A program made the translations under genes and the position numbers. Below, one piece after another: positions 26,126 through 41,508 of a stretch of 64,000 bases of DNA. Numbering within the stretch: the stretch's first letter is position 1; each line of letters starts with the position of its first letter. Source of the DNA: the human T2T-CHM13v2.0 reference genome, Homo sapiens; NCBI RefSeq assembly GCF_009914755.1, contig NC_060947.1; one strand, written 5' to 3'. The notes beneath the pieces were generated by a model, which saw nothing but the letters and a program-made list of their open reading frames with translations, made no database searches and had not been told where the DNA came from.

Positions 26126-27058
26126 TGTTTTTGACAAAAAAGCAAAACTATTTAAAATATTTGAAGAGGTTTATTCTGAGTCAAATATGAGTGACCATGG
26201 CCTGAGACACAACTGCAAGATGTCCTAGGAACATTTACCCAAGGTGGTTGGGTTACATCTTGGTTTTATGCCTTTTAGGGAGACATAAGTTACAGGCAAA
26301 GGTATCAATTAATACATGTGAAGTATACATTGGGGTTTGGCCCAGAAAGGTGGGCCATCTCAAAGTGGGAGCTCACAGATGGATTTAAAGATTTCCTGAT
26401 TGGCAATTGGTTGAAAAAATTAAGATCTGCCTTCAGAGTTAAAAATTCAGCAGATAAAAAAAAAAGTGCTTCAGTTAAGATAAGATGGGGCTTGTGGAAG
26501 GGAAAGTTCTTATTATGTAGACAAAGCTTCCAGGTAACAGGGTTCAGAAAGAATAGATGGTAAATATCTCTTATCAGGCTTTTAAATCCTCGATCCAGGA
26601 GACATTTAATGAAGTGTCAGACTCTTTCTTAAATGTCTCCTGGATCAAGAAAACACCGGGAAAAGGAAGATTAATATCTACAGATTGCAAATTTCCCCCA
26701 CAAGAGGTGGCTTTGAAGGGTCATTCCATGATATGTCAAAGAAATATTATTTAGGGTAAAATACTTTAATTTTCCGCAGGGTCTGCTATCTGTCACGTAA
26801 GGCTATACCAGAGTTTGTTTGGAATTTGGTATCTTATTGCTATGTAGAGTCTGTTTTGTCAATCTTATGTTCTATATTTTAATATTAATGCTAGTCAATT
26901 GTGTCTAAACTCCAAAGGTAGGGAGTATAATGAGGCATTTCAACCTCCCTTCCCATCACAGTCTGAACTAGTTTTTCAGGTTTTCTTTGTAATCCCCTTG
27001 ACCGAAGTGGTGTCCATTTCATTTGGTGGAGGGCTTAAAATTTAATTATTGGTTTACA
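26126..27058 (-). mobile_element. MER4D-like solo LTR
   Basis: Colinear with 4371-5264. Minus strand starts tgtaaaccaataattaaattttaagccc. Confidence 0.88.
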
Positions 27059-27154
27059 ACATTGAGTGCTGTCCCAAATATTTTATAAATGTTGAATGAT
27101 ATTTATAATTGTACATATATATGTAGTATATATGTATGCATATGCACGTGTATA

Positions 27155-27320
27155 TTCCTCAATACTACCCCGAGAGGTAATTACTACTGTTAATCCCATT
27201 TTATAAATTGGGAAACTGAGACACAGAGATATAGAGAAACTTATCAAGGTTCACACAGCAATTAGCAGTGACAAGATTTGAGCCCACATGCTCTGGCTCC
27301 CAGAGTCCTTGTTCTTAAAT
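27155..27320 (-). mobile_element. MIR
   Basis: cccattttataaattgggaaactgagacacagag...aaggttcacacagc...gatttgagccca. Confidence 0.85.
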
Positions 27321-30017
27321 ATCACAAGATGCTGCTACTCTTTGGGGTTTCACTTTCGTGGTGGTGGCTTTTCTGAAATATTGGGAAAATCTCAACAGTG
27401 TGATCATTTTTTATTTTTTGTTTTTGAGATTCCTTCTTTGCTAGTATGTGCAAGCTATTCATTTAATTAAACATGCATTTGAAAGAATGGGAAATCCATC
27501 TGAGTAGGAAAGTACCAGTGGCCAGCATTCAGTGTATGGCTTTTTGCCATTCTTTCTGAGTGTCAACAGCTACTCAGGGCACTGCCCTTTTCATTGGGCT
27601 ATATATCCTCAATTATTGCTTCCACTTGGTACAGTAAGGGGGTTAGATATCTCTGCAACTCCTTACTTGGAAGAAAAAGAGGTTGCAGTGGCTTAATTGA
27701 CTAATGAAGAATTTCTTTTGACTATGTAAAACTTCACAATTCCTTTATAGAAAAAAATACATCATAAGTTGAATTAACAAATAGTAAATTAGAAAAATAC
27801 ATTTGTAATGCATATTCATAGTTAATATTGAATAGCCTTAATAAAAAAAATACACCTTACGAATCCATAGACAATGGCAGATGTCAAAGTAGAAAAATGG
27901 TAAATGGTCATAAAAAGAAAATGCAAAAAAAGGATATCCTTGAAAATATTTTGTATTTCCTACTGAGGAAGTATAATATAAAACACATCACTTTTGCAAA
28001 GGTAAAAAAGTTAGCAGTGTGCAGAGTTAATTAAGATATCTCATATAACATTGCTGGGCATATAAATTGATACAACTTTTCAGATTTTCCATTTGGCAAT
28101 ATGTACCTCAATCAGTTAGGATTAAGTTCAGCTACAGCAGAAACCTCAAAATAAAAGAATACTTAAAAATATTAAAGTTTTTCTCTCACATAAGCATTTT
28201 TAAACCAAGATTAAATATACACTTAAGAAAGAGAACTTATTAAAAGATTCATAATATACTTAAGAGGATGAAAGAATATCTGTCCCATGAAAAAGAAATA
28301 TACTGTTATGAAAATGATTTCTGATTTTATTCAAAACATCAGAAGATCCATTAATAATGAGCCAGAATGTCTGCATGAGATTAATCTGTGGAATTAAGTA
28401 GCAGCCATCACCTTTAGAAGGGGGTTATATTCAATAAAGTTAAAATGATTAAATAATTTATGATACATCCATTTAATGAAAATGTGCAACCACTGAAAAA
28501 AATGAGGTAGAAATAACTGTATCAGTATCAATATTTTTTAAAAAGTAAAACTCGAAAGTTGTATGTATAGAGTACATACAGTGTAAATTCATTTATGTAA
28601 ATATATGTTTGTGTATCTACTTGTAAATAAATCACATATATGTAAAAAATCGGAATATATATATTTAATTGGTTTTCTCTGAGATTTAGAGGATTATTTG
28701 CTGTCATTTAAATTTTGAGGTGATATTTTCATATTTATATGCATCTGTTATTTAATTTATTGTTTAATGGATACTATCAAATGCCTTAAACAGCTACTGT
28801 GTGCCAGGCAAAATAATTTATATAAATGTCATACTTTCACAAATAAACTAAAGATATTTCCGTTAAGATAAAATTAAATATAGTAACCAAAATAAATGAA
28901 GAGTCTAAGTCTGATCCTTCTGGGAAACCCTTTTAGTGAAATAAAATCTGAAGAAAAGATAAAAATTGGCAAATATTATCCAGTGAGGCCTATAATCATA
29001 AAGCATTAATAGTCATCCTCCAGTATCTACTTTGTAACTAAGAAATACTTTATTTGTTCTGTGAGTTTTGGTATAGTAGTTTATTCTGAGACAATAAAGA
29101 AACTGAACATTATTAATATCCATTTATGGGAAATTATATTTCATTTTAGTTAAAATGAATGCATCCTATTAAAATGGTTTCTACTTAATGACAATTTCTA
29201 AAATATGATTGCCAAGAATTTGAACAACTATCTTTATTGTTTCTATAAATCTTGACAAGGTAAAGTGCATGAATATGGGCATGTGACGGCTGCAACAGGC
29301 TGAATGATGACAAATTATACAGAAGCTGTGAGAAAATATAGATTATCAAGTGCTAACTATGGAATGCACAGATATTCATATATCAGAAATACTCTGATAT
29401 GGTTTCTTTCAAATTGTCATTGATTTGAAAATTCTTTAGCAAATTTGAAACTAATTTAGGCTTAATGGCTCTTTTGCAATCTGAGAATGATACGTTCTAC
29501 CATTATCATTATTATATAATAGCCTTTCTATTTATTGATCTATTTTACTTTTATTAATTTTTAAAACAGTAATTCAAGTATGAATCACTTACACTCATCT
29601 TGATAATGCACAAGTTTTGTTGCAGTATTGAAAATTGACATTATTGTATTATTTTAAAATGACTCATTGATAATATTTATGTAGTATTTCCTCACATACT
29701 TTGAAAGTGCTGCCTCAGAATCGACAAACATGAGCACTTGGTAGAATCATGACATGAATGTTTAACTCTCATTTAGGTTAGTCACACTTTGCTAGTAATA
29801 CAAATGACTCAATTATGCAGCAATGGTCTGCGAAAGTGAGGATTACTATACTATCACCAAGTTACAATATTGCTTTGGACCAATACTGCAGAATGCAGTA
29901 ATGGTTTTTCATAAGTAACACTGTGGTGAAGATGAGACAGCAACAGTCAGGATTAATTTTTTGCATTATATATAAACTACTGAGAGCATTCAAGACTTTA
30001 ACACTTATACTTTAACA

Positions 30018-30255
30018 TTTATTTTTAATTGAAAAATAAAAATTATATAAATTTATTATGTACATTATTTTTGAAATATGTATACATTGTGAAATAGCTA
30101 AATTGAGCTAAATAAAATATCAATTCCTTCACATACTTATAATATTTTAATAGTGGAAACACTTGAAAATTTCCTATCTTAGCACTTTTCTAGACTAAAA
30201 TATTTTGTTATTAAGTATAGTCACCATGTTGCACAATAGATCTCCTGAACATATT
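30018..30255 (-). mobile_element. L1MA8/9-like 3' end
   Basis: aatatgtatacattgtgaaatagctaaattgagcta...tatagtcaccatgttgcacaatagatctcctgaac. TSD-like ttatactt..acattt. Confidence 0.8.
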
Positions 30256-30704
30256 TATACTTACATTTTAAAATGACACATTATTTCATTAATATTTTTT
30301 ATTTAATTACTATGGAATTGTGAGTTTTGTTCAAGTGAAAATTCTGAAATTTGCTTTCTCAACTATATTCTTTTATAGCTACAAATTCCCTAAAAGGACA
30401 CACATTGGAAATGAATGTATAGCCTGGTAGAATTGTCTCATTCCTATTTCTCATTAAAGTAATAATTATTGATGATTACCTTCTTTTGTCAAGTATATCC
30501 TTAGTATAGGATAATCAAAATCTACTTGGATCAGAACAACTTCATCTTAAATAAAATTTTGGAGCTTTACTTTTAGTATTTCCTGAAGTCAAAGAAAAGA
30601 CATAAACACAGCCACATTAAATGTCTGAAGTAAAACCTGGAGTAGTAGAACAGAAGAAAAGTATGGTAGGTTAGGAACAAGGTAAGAAAATTGGTATACT
30701 TCAT

Positions 30705-31203
<499 letters not shown>

Positions 31204-31255
31204 CTAAATATTGGTGCAGAGCCATAATATTTTGCTAATGAGGAAGCAGATTAGA

Positions 31256-31582
<327 letters not shown>

Positions 31583-32227
31583 TCAGATTAGATATTTTTA
31601 AAAGACAAAAGTTGTTTGACTTCGTGCAAAAATCTTCCAAATAGGATCAGAACAGGGTGATTGAAGAGAATTAACTTTTAGCGAGCTTGATAGGTACTGG
31701 CTAAATAATTTTAACTATTTTAAATTATTTAGTTTTCAAAATAATCTTATGAGGTGCTACACAAATTTTGTCTGAGGTTCAGACAAACTAAAATCCTTGT
31801 CCAGCAGGTCAAAGCTTGATCAAAATTAAGCCTGAATTCAAAATTAATTTTGTTAACTCCCAGTTAGCCTCATTTTTGTGAATGAGGCAACTAATCTTTG
31901 TGATGGAATCTGATTCAGTAGCAAGATAAACAGTGTGAAAACAAGAGTTCTGCAAGTTTCTAGGTCATGTACTACTTCTGGTGATAGCCATAAGATAATT
32001 AAAAAAACTAAATAGAGTGAGATAAACATCATCTTTTCTCTGGTTTGACTCTGTTACAGAAACACACATGGAAAGTCAAACTACGCAAGTGTTGTTCTCC
32101 CACCTCAGTGAACAGCCATAAACCTATTCCAATAGCAACCTTCAGTAGAAAAATATCGCCATGTTAGGTTGGAGATACCTAAAACAACAAACAGTCAATA
32201 GCAGCTTTTCCTTTGACCTGAGAGAAT

Positions 32228-32762
32228 GAATCTATACCAGGCCTGAAATTAAGGTTTAATATTAAGTGCTACCACAACATCCAGCATGCATTGGAAGGTC
32301 TGTGAATAGCCTAACTGCAAATTTCCCTCTGCATCTTTTATTATTTTATTACATCTTTATATCCTATTTATATATTTTATTCCCACAGAAAAGGTCACCT
32401 AGCCTAACAATACTCCTTAACAAAAGGATCAGGAGGAGTTCTTACTTCCCTGAGTAATAGGTTTTAGTCCCCTGCCAGCTAGTGAAATTATTCAAACAAA
32501 CTGATCTCTTCTGCCAGTGAGAACCAAGAGGCACCTCACTTTCTTGATACTACAAAGCACTCATTCTGCTCCAGAATGCAGTCCCTGTGTAGACATGACT
32601 GATGTGTGATATCTTCTTCCCCTGGGCTGTGAGTACATGTGGTGAATAAACTGCTGTCAATCACATCTGTCCAGTGTCATATGTCCTGCAGTTGGTTATC
32701 TCCGTAACCCTAGGGCAGAAATCCTTTCCTCAACAATGAGTTAAATAGGAGGCAATTAAAAA
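32228..32762 (+). mobile_element. MER74-like ERVL solo LTR
   Basis: gaaattaaggtttaatatt start. aataaactgctgtcaatcacatctgtccagtgtc...taaccctagggcagaaatcc...aataggagg end. Confidence 0.6.
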
Positions 32763-32879
32763 AAAAGAAAAAAAGAAAACAGTACAGACATTTCATTTAC
32801 ATGGTGAAGAAGCAGAAACTCTACATGAGATGTGCTAAGTAAATATGCATATTTACATATGTGTCTGTGTATTTTAAAT

Positions 32880-32980
32880 ATATTTCTTGTGTTACTACTA
32901 TTTACCAGGCATTGTGCTACTACTAAAGAGATACTGAAAAACAATAGTCACAGTCCTTGGCTTTCAGAGAGTTAATAATT
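32880..32980 (-). mobile_element. L2 relic
   Basis: tactatttaccaggcattgtgcta...acagtccttggctttcagagagtt. Confidence 0.55.
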
Positions 32981-34368
32981 GTCAATACTACAAAGTTTAC
33001 TGATTCATTATTCTTCCATCATGTCACATAATTTAGTTTTTGTATTCCAACTAGATTTTGGGTTCTATAAGATGTTCCTGTAATCACTTCTGTAGAGTTT
33101 ATGTTCAATATATCTAGTTGATTGATTCATATGTACTAAATATTTACCTAAATATGTCTAGTGACATCATAAAGGTGTATGGTGAAGTTTGCTACTATAA
33201 AGGAATTAAACTATAGGGTTGAATTGAATTTCATTTTTTCTCACTGTTAAGATATGTTCAATTAATTTTAATAATAAATGAGAATAAGAGTTATGTTTTG
33301 AATAACTACTTGTATTTTAACATATTTTAGGTAAACTTGTTTGAGTGGTAAGTCCCTTTATTTTTCCTGTCTGCTTTCAAGTATTTACATGGTAGAGATA
33401 TTTAACATATTCCAAATAGTTTAGTACTATAGTAAAGACATGAGAAAATGATAAGCATTCCTATAGTCAGCCTGCCAGTAGTGCTTAATGCTACTGCATA
33501 ATTATGGACAAATATCAAAGAGGTGAACAGCCCAATCCCTGACATAAAGAAGATTGAAAATACTCAAATTATCTCAGAATGTCCCACCAGAAGCTCTATG
33601 TCAACTTGAGTACTACCTATTTACTTAGAATTAGGTCATATTAGCATTTCAACTCAGCCTATTTCTTTCATTCATCACAAAACAACTCAAGTGGGACCTT
33701 CTACTTCTTAGCTCTTCAAAAATATATTTATATGGTAACTATTAGGCTTGATCTAAATTTTACTGGATCCACATTGCTTTTAAAACTCTAAATAAGGAGA
33801 ATAAAAAATACATATCACCAAGAGAATCATAAAGCATCTGCTTCTCTTAAATAGTTTCCCATTTAGGATCCAGTCTAGAAATTCCCTGCCAAATCCCTAA
33901 ACCATTTGCTCTCTGGCCAGGCTCCCTGAAATTCAGATTTAAGAAATTCATCGTCCCTTCCTTTTTTATTTAGTCTATATATTACCACACACTTTTGAAA
34001 TTGAATCACATGATATTCCTTTTCTATAATTGCCAATTATAGCTGTTGGCTGGAAAGAATAAACTGCCAGTTTTATTTCAAGTTGCTCATCTTTAATTCA
34101 GGCTTTAACTCAGACTTGAATGACTATTGGCTTAGAGACCCCAAACCACAGCCAGACTTATATTTAGTAGAATTTTCAGAAACTTCAAGTGTTCCTTATC
34201 CCTCCCTGACTCAAGGCAATAATATATCTGTCTTAATTGAAAGTTTAAGACTAATTCATCTTCACTATGACATGTTTCTTACGTTTCAGTGCCTTTCCCA
34301 TCAAAAAGAATTGTTAATAAGAATTTAAAAAAGAAACTATTCAGTTCCCATAAAAATATTTATGCCTT

Positions 34369-36300
34369 AAGACAAGGCACCACTCCTATTCAATATGGTA
34401 CTGGAAGTCCTAGCCAGAGCAATCAGGCAAGATAAAGAAATAAAGGGCATTTAAATAGGAAGAGGAAGCCAAATTATCTCTGTTTGCAGACAACATGATT
34501 CTATATCTAGAAAACCCCATAGTCTAGGCCCAAAAGCTCCTTTAGCTGCTGAACAAATTCAGCAATGTTTCAGGATACAATATCAATGTACAAAAGTCAC
34601 TAGCATTTCTATACTTCAACAACAGCCAAGCCAAGAGCCAAACTGGAAAGACAATCCCATTCACAATTGCCAAAAAAAGTGTAAAATACCTGGAAATATA
34701 GCCAATCAGGGAGGTGAAAGATCTCTACAAAGAGAATTATAAAACACTGCTCCAAGAAATCAAAGAAGACACAAACAAATGGAAAAACATTACATGCTCA
34801 TGCATAGGAAGAATCAATATCATTAAAATAGCTATACTGCCTGAAGCAATTTACAGATTCAATGGTTTTCATATCAAACTACCAACAACATTCTTTACAG
34901 AACTAGAAAAAACTATTTTAAAATTTATATGAAACCAAAAGATCCCAAATAGCAAAGGCAATACTAAGCAAAAAGAACAAAGCTGGAGATATCACATTAC
35001 CCAACTTCAAACTACACTACAGGGCTACAGTAACCAAAACAGCATGGTACTGGTACAAAAACAGAAACATAGACCAATGGAACAGAATAGACAGCCCAGA
35101 AATAAGGCCACACACCTATATCCATCTGATGTTTGACAAAGCTGACAAAAACAAGCAATGGAGAAAAGACTCCCTATTCGATAAATGGTGCTGGGAGAAC
35201 TGGCTAGCCATATGCAAAAGATTGAAGCTGGACCCTTTCCTTACACCATATACAAAAATTAGCTCAAGATGGATTAAAGACTTGAATGTAAAACACAAAA
35301 CTATAAAAACCCTGGAAGACAACCTAGGTTATACCATCCTGGACATAGAAACAGGCAAAGGTTTCATGACAAAAAACACCAAAAGCAATCACAACAAATG
35401 CAAAATTTCATAAGTGGGATCTAATTAAACTTAAGAGTTTCTGCACAGCAAAAGGAACTATCAAGAGAGTGAACAGATAACCTACAGAAAGGGAGAAAAT
35501 ATGCATCTGACACAGGTCTAATATCCAGCATCTATAAGGAACTTAAACGAATTTAAAAGAGAAGAACAAACCACCCCATTAAAAAGTAGGCAAATGACAT
35601 GAACAGATAACTTGTCAAAAGAATATATACATGTGGCCATGAGTATATGAAAAAAAAGCTCCAGATTACTCATAATTAGAGAAATGCAAATCAAAACCAT
35701 AATGAGATACCACCTCACACCAGTCAGAATGGCTATTATTAAAAAGTGAAAAAAAAAATAACAGAGGCTAGCGAGGTTGCAGAGAAAGGGGACACTAATA
35801 CACTGTTGGTGGGAGCATAAATTAGTTTAACCATTGCAAAAACCTGTATGGTGATTCTTTAAAGCGCTAAAAGTAGATCTACCATTTGATATAATTCCAT
35901 TACTGGGTATATACCCAGAGGAATATAAATCATTCTACCAGAAAGACACATGCATGCAAATGTTCATTGCAGCACTATTCACAATGGAAAAGACATGGTA
36001 TCAACCTAAATGTGTATCAATGACATAATTGGATAAAGGAAATATGGCATATACACACCATGGAATACTATGCAGCCATAACAAAGAATGAGAGCATGTA
36101 CTTTGCAAGAACATGGATGGAGTTGGAGGCCATTATGCTTAGCACACTAATGCAGGAACAGAAAACAAAAATCAGCATGTTCTCATTTATAAGTGGGAGC
36201 TCAATTATGAGAATTTATGAACACGAAGAAGGAAACAAGAGACACTGGGGTGTACTTGAGGGTAGAGGGTGGGAGGAGGAAGAGAAGCAGAAAAAATAAC
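34369..36300 (+). mobile_element. L1PA15/16-like, 5'-truncated and missing terminal 3' UTR/poly(A)
   Basis: ORF2 remnants ([44 protein letters not shown]). The 3' UTR stops at gcagaaaaaataac. Confidence 0.92.
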
Positions 36301-36329
36301 TTCACAAGGATGTGAAGCAAGAATAACTC

Positions 36330-36667
36330 ATTCACAGAGGATTTTTAGAACAGTGAAATTATTCTATATGATACTGTAATGGTGAATTTGTGTCAATGTA
36401 CATAGAATGTACAACTCAAAATCCATAGAATGTAGGGCACCAGGAATAAACCCTGGTGAAAACTACAGCTTTGGGTGATAATGATGTGTCAACATAGGTT
36501 CAACAATTGTGACAAATGTATCATTGCAGTACAGAATACTGATGGTGGAGGAGGATGAGATGGAGAACGGGTGGGCAGGGGATATGTGGGAACTCGCTAT
36601 ACTTTCTGCTCAATTGTGTTGTGGACCTAAAACTACTCCAAAAACAAAGTTTATTTAAAAAAAAAAT
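36330..36667 (+). mobile_element. L1MC 3' end
   Basis: cacagaggatttttagaacagtgaaattattctatatgatactgtaatggtg...ggatatgtgggaactc...cctaaaactactcc, A-tail. Confidence 0.82.
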
Positions 36668-37636
36668 TATGCCTAAATATTCAACTACCTACCATTTAAT
36701 TAAAAACAAACAAACAAAAAAACCATGGACTTACTTTTATGACCCAAATTGTTTTAAGAAAATATACCTGTGTAATTCAAGTGAGTTACTTATTGGCTAA
36801 TAAAAATGCCAATGTATCTATTGTAGAAATCTCATTTTCACCATTCTGGCTATTTAATTTCAAATATCCTATGTTTGCATTGTGTAGATAGTTGAACTGA
36901 CAAAACAGACACTGTGCAATTACCAGAAAAATATTTTGTAACAAATATTTAGAACATACACACAATTCTAAATGTTTTTATAGAAGCATTCCAACTAGAA
37001 TGCACTAATATTTCACTTTAGGATGACTATAATCCCATTATTTCATCAGAATATATGTATCTTATACATATTATTTTCCACTTTACCTTCATAAGGCAAT
37101 TGAATTTTTAAAAATATTCCTGTAAAACACATTAATCTCTCTCTTAACAGGTCTCTGTTGTCAAAAATTAATTCTGTATCTGATGAATAATGCATTTAAT
37201 ATGTAGATGCACAGTACATTAAATGAACAATATCTATTACTAAGCAGTAGTTCATGGTTAAATATAGACTTAGCATAATAAAGCCAATGTTTAAAAGAAT
37301 CAACGCATATTATAATCATATAAGTAATAAAAAATTAGAACAATACTCAGTCTACTATCTATATCATTTTCTATTATCATTTAAGGGGGAAACTCACCTT
37401 CATTATAAGCAAGTTTTGATGTTTTATTAGAGAAAAAAGGTCTGTCATATTTTTTTTAAAATGAGAGGTAAAAAGTAGTATTATGTTGTAGATTTTTATA
37501 TTAGACATGAGGTAGCATAATGTTATTTGGTAGTAAATTGGAATAAGCTAAAGATAAATATGTAAAATCCTAGAGCAATCTTTAAAAACAATAATAAATA
37601 GGCACAGCTAGTATGCCAATATTGTGGATAAAATGA

Positions 37637-38231
37637 TGAATCAGTTTTTTTTCAAGAGCACTCTCAGGTTTGGGATGCACTAGAGGTACTCTCAGGACTC
37701 AGAAGTTTTTAAATTCTGGATAAGACTTATTAGTGAAGGAAAGTAAGGTCTAATAAAGGAAAATAAGACCACCAGGCAGTGTCTGGAGAATGCCAGGCAT
37801 GAGTTTCCAAAAGTCAATGAAGTCATAAAGGACATATTTAATCTCCCAGAAAGGCATCACAATCACATGTTTGAAGTGTTTTCTTCCAGAAAAGTTCTTT
37901 TGAGTCTAAAAGTGCAGAGTTTTTACTGGGGGTTGGTCAAGTAGTAGTATCTTCGTGACTGACCTCAGTTATAGTCATTCCAAACCTCACAGAAACAAAG
38001 CACATGTTCATCAAAAGTCGCATTGTTTGCATAAACTTTATAGAGAAACTGGAACAGCATGGTTTAAAATTTTAAGACTACCAAACACCCTTATCAATTA
38101 GTAGCATAGGGGATATTCCAAGACCTCAGTTTCTAGCCGCTGACCAATAGCTAATTATGCAAATAGGCCCATCTGCTAAATGTGCAGGATTTAAGCAACT
38201 CAGACCTGCTGGGTTAACACTTACCAGGACA
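37637..38231 (-). mobile_element. MER21/MER68/MER77-group ERVL solo LTR
   Basis: Minus strand starts tgtcctggtaagtgttaacccagcaggtctgag. 5-bp TSD aatga at 37632-37636 and 38232-38236. Confidence 0.72.
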
Positions 38232-38398
38232 AATGAATTTGTAAAATAAAATCCTCAATTGATCTAAAAGAAAGCAAAAAGAAAAAAAAAGTGGAAAAAC
38301 TGAATAAAAGATAAGAATAGAAAACAAAAAGAAAGGTAACAAACATAGATACATTGATGATTATATTAAATGTGATTAAAAGTCAGTGTTTTCACACT

Positions 38399-38457
38399 GA
38401 AAAGAAAGAAAAAGAAAAGAAAAGAAAGAAAAGCAAAAGAAAAGAAAGAAAGGAAAG
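38399..38457 (+). repeat. (AAAG/AAAAG)n purine-rich simple repeat
   Basis: Directly visible. Confidence 0.9.
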
Positions 38458-39231
38458 ATTAAACCTACTGCCTATAAGAAACATATCTAAATATGAAGGC
38501 ATAAATAGTTTCAAATTAAAATGATAGAAGAAATATGGCATTCCAACACTAATCATAAGAGAGCTGGAATTGCAACTTAATATTAAAGTAAGTATAGATT
38601 TGGAACAGGGCATATTATCAGGAATAAAAAGTATATTGTATAATGATAGAAAGTCTAATAAGTTAGGTATGAAATCTTAAATGTCTATGCACATAAGAGC
38701 TTCAAGATAAATTAAGCAAAAGGGACTGAATGATAAACATACACAATCATACTTGGAGTTTTCAACACTGCCACATCAATAATTGACAATACAAATAGAC
38801 AGAGTGTCATTAAAGATATAGATTTCCCCACTATCAACTATATTAACCTAGTTGATATTTATAAAATGTAAAACCAAACAACACCTGAATAAACCTTTTT
38901 TAAGTGCAAAATGTACAGTCATCAGGAGAGAACCTGTGATATGACATAAACCAAATTTCACTGAATTTAAAAGGTTTAACATCATAGAGTATAATCTCTG
39001 TCCATAGTGAAATTAAAATGGAAATTAATAATGTAAGATATTTGGATAATACCAAAGTATTTGAAAATTAAATGACACTTCTAAATAACCCATGGGTCAA
39101 AAAAAGAAGCCATAAGAGAAATATTTTGAATAAACAGTGAATGGAAATGAAACACTATAAATTAATGTGTCACATGCAATTAATATAGGGCTTGAAAAAA
39201 ATATTTATAGCTTAAAATGCTTCATATAGGC

Positions 39232-41503
39232 TGACGTGGTATGGCTGTGTCCCCACCAAAATCTTATATTGAATTCCCACATATTGTGGGAGGGACCCAG
39301 TGAGAAGCAACTGAATCATGGGGGTAGGTCTTTCTAGTACTGTTCTCATGATAGTGAATAAGTCTCATGAGATCTAAAAAAAGGGAGTTTCTCTGCACAA
39401 GCTCTCTTCTCTTATCTGCTGCCATGTGAGATGTGCCTTTCACTTTTTGTCATGATGGTGAGGCCTCCTCAGTCACTTGGAACTGTAAGTCGATTAAACC
39501 TGTTTCTTTTGTAAATTGCCCAGTCTTGGGTCTGTCTTTATCAGCAGCATAAAAACAGACTAATACAGTAAATTGGTACCAGTAGAGTGGGGCATTGCTG
39601 AAAAGATACCCAAAAATGTGAAAATGACTTTGGAACTGAGAAAATGGCAGAGGTTGGAATAATTTGGAAGGCTCAGAAGAAGATAGGAAAATGTGGGAAA
39701 GTTTGAAACTCCCTAGGGACTTGTTTAATGGCTTTCACCAAAATGCTGATAATGATATGGACAATGAAATCCAGGCTGAGGTGGTCTCAGATGGAGAAGA
39801 GGAACTTGTTGGGAACTGGAGCAAAAGTGACTATTGTTATGTTTTAGCAAAGAGACTGCCCTAGAGATTTGTGAATCTTAGAACTAGACAGAGATGATTT
39901 AGGTTATCTGGCAGAAGAAATCTCTAAGCAGCAAAGCATTCAAGAGGTGCTGTTAAAGACATTCAGTTTTATAACAGACTTGGGTGCTGTTAAAGGCATT
40001 CAGGTTTATAAGGGAAACAGAGCATAAAAGTTTGGAAAATTTGCAGCCTGACAATGCAACAGAAAAGAAAATCCCATTTTCTGAGGAGAAATTCAAGCCA
40101 GTTGCAGAAATTTGCATAAGTAACAAGGAGCCGAATGTTAATCCCCAAGACAATAAGAAAAATGTCTCCAGGGCATGTCACATGTCTTCACAGCAGCCTC
40201 TCCCATTACTGGCCTGGAGGACTAGGAGGAAAATGTGGTTTTGTGGGCCAGGCCTTGGGTCCCCATGATGTATGTAGCCTAGAGAGTTGGTACCCTGTGT
40301 CTCAGCTGCTCCAGCTGTGGCTAAAAGGGGCCAGTATAGAGCTTGGGCCGTGGCTTCAGATGGTGTAAGCCCCAATCCTTGGCACCTTCCATGTGATATT
40401 GAGCCTGTGAGTGCACAGAAGTCAAGAACTGGTGTTTGAGAACCTCCACCTAGATTTCAGAGGATGTATATACATGCCTGAATGTTCAGGCAGAAGTTTA
40501 CTGTGGGGCGGAGCCCTCAGAGAGAATCTCTGCTAGGGAAGTGTGGAAGGGAAATGTGGGGTTGGAGCCCTCACACAGAGTCCCCACTGAAACACTGCCT
40601 AGTGGAGCTGTGAGAAGAGGGCCACCAACCTCCATACCCCAGAATGGTAGATCAAGGAGCAGCTTGCACCATGCACCTGGGAAAGCAACAGACACTCAAT
40701 GGCAGCCTGAAAGGCAGCCAGGAGGGGTCTATACCCTGCAAAGCCACAGGGGTGGGGATGCCCAAAGCTGTGGGAGCCCACATTTTGCATCAGCATGACC
40801 TGGATGCGAGATATGAAGTCAAAGGAGATCATTTTGGAGCTTTAAGATTTGACTACCCTGCTGGATTTTGGACTTGCATAGGGCCTGTAGCCCCTCTGTT
40901 TTGGCCAATTTTTTTCCATTTGTAATGTCTGTATTTACCCAATGCCTGTAACCCCACTGTATCTAGGAAGTATCTAACTTGCTTGTGATTTTACGGTCTC
41001 ATTGGCAGAAGGGACTTGTGTTGTTTCAGATGAGGCTTTGGGCTGTGGACTTTTGAGTTAATGCTGAAATGAATTAAGACTTTGAGGGGCTGTAGGGAAG
41101 GCATTATTTGTTTTGAAATGTGAGGACATGAGATTTGGGAGGTGACAGGGTGAAATGATATGGTTTGGCTGTGTCACCATTTAAATCTCAACTTGAATTC
41201 CCATGTGTTGTGAGAGGGACCCAGTGGGAAGTAATTGAATCATGGGGGCAGAGGGGCAGGTCTTTCTCATGTTGTTCTCACAATAGTGAATAAGTCTCAT
41301 GAGTTCTGATGGTTTTCAAAAGGGGAGTTTCTCTGAACAGCTCTCTTCTCTTTTCTGACATCATGTGAGATGTGCCTTTCACATTCTGCCATGATTGTGA
41401 GGCCTCCCCAGCCATGTGGAACTCTAAGTTGACTAAACTTTCTTTCGTAAATTGCCCAGTCTTGGGTATGTCTTTATCAACAGTGTGAAAATGGACTAAT
41501 ACA
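39232..41503 (+). mobile_element. THE1A-like MaLR, full structure
   Basis: LTRs 39232-39567 and 41156-41503, THE1 internal region, TSD taggc (39227-39231, 41504-41508). Confidence 0.95.
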
Positions 41504-41508
41504 TAGGC

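Larger units (their letters stand above)
37480..39226 (+). mobile_element. Ancient L1M (intergenic/ORF2 endonuclease region), interrupted; resumes ~43916-44230
   Basis: acaatcatacttggagttttcaacactgcc...aattgaca; gacacttctaaataacccatgggtcaaa; tttatagcttaaaatgct. Confidence 0.7.

Noticed and set aside
39945-40010. ~28-bp direct duplication in THE1 interior (a similar one is at ~52168-52222 in L1)
   Set aside because: Ordinary local slippage-type duplication in neutral DNA.
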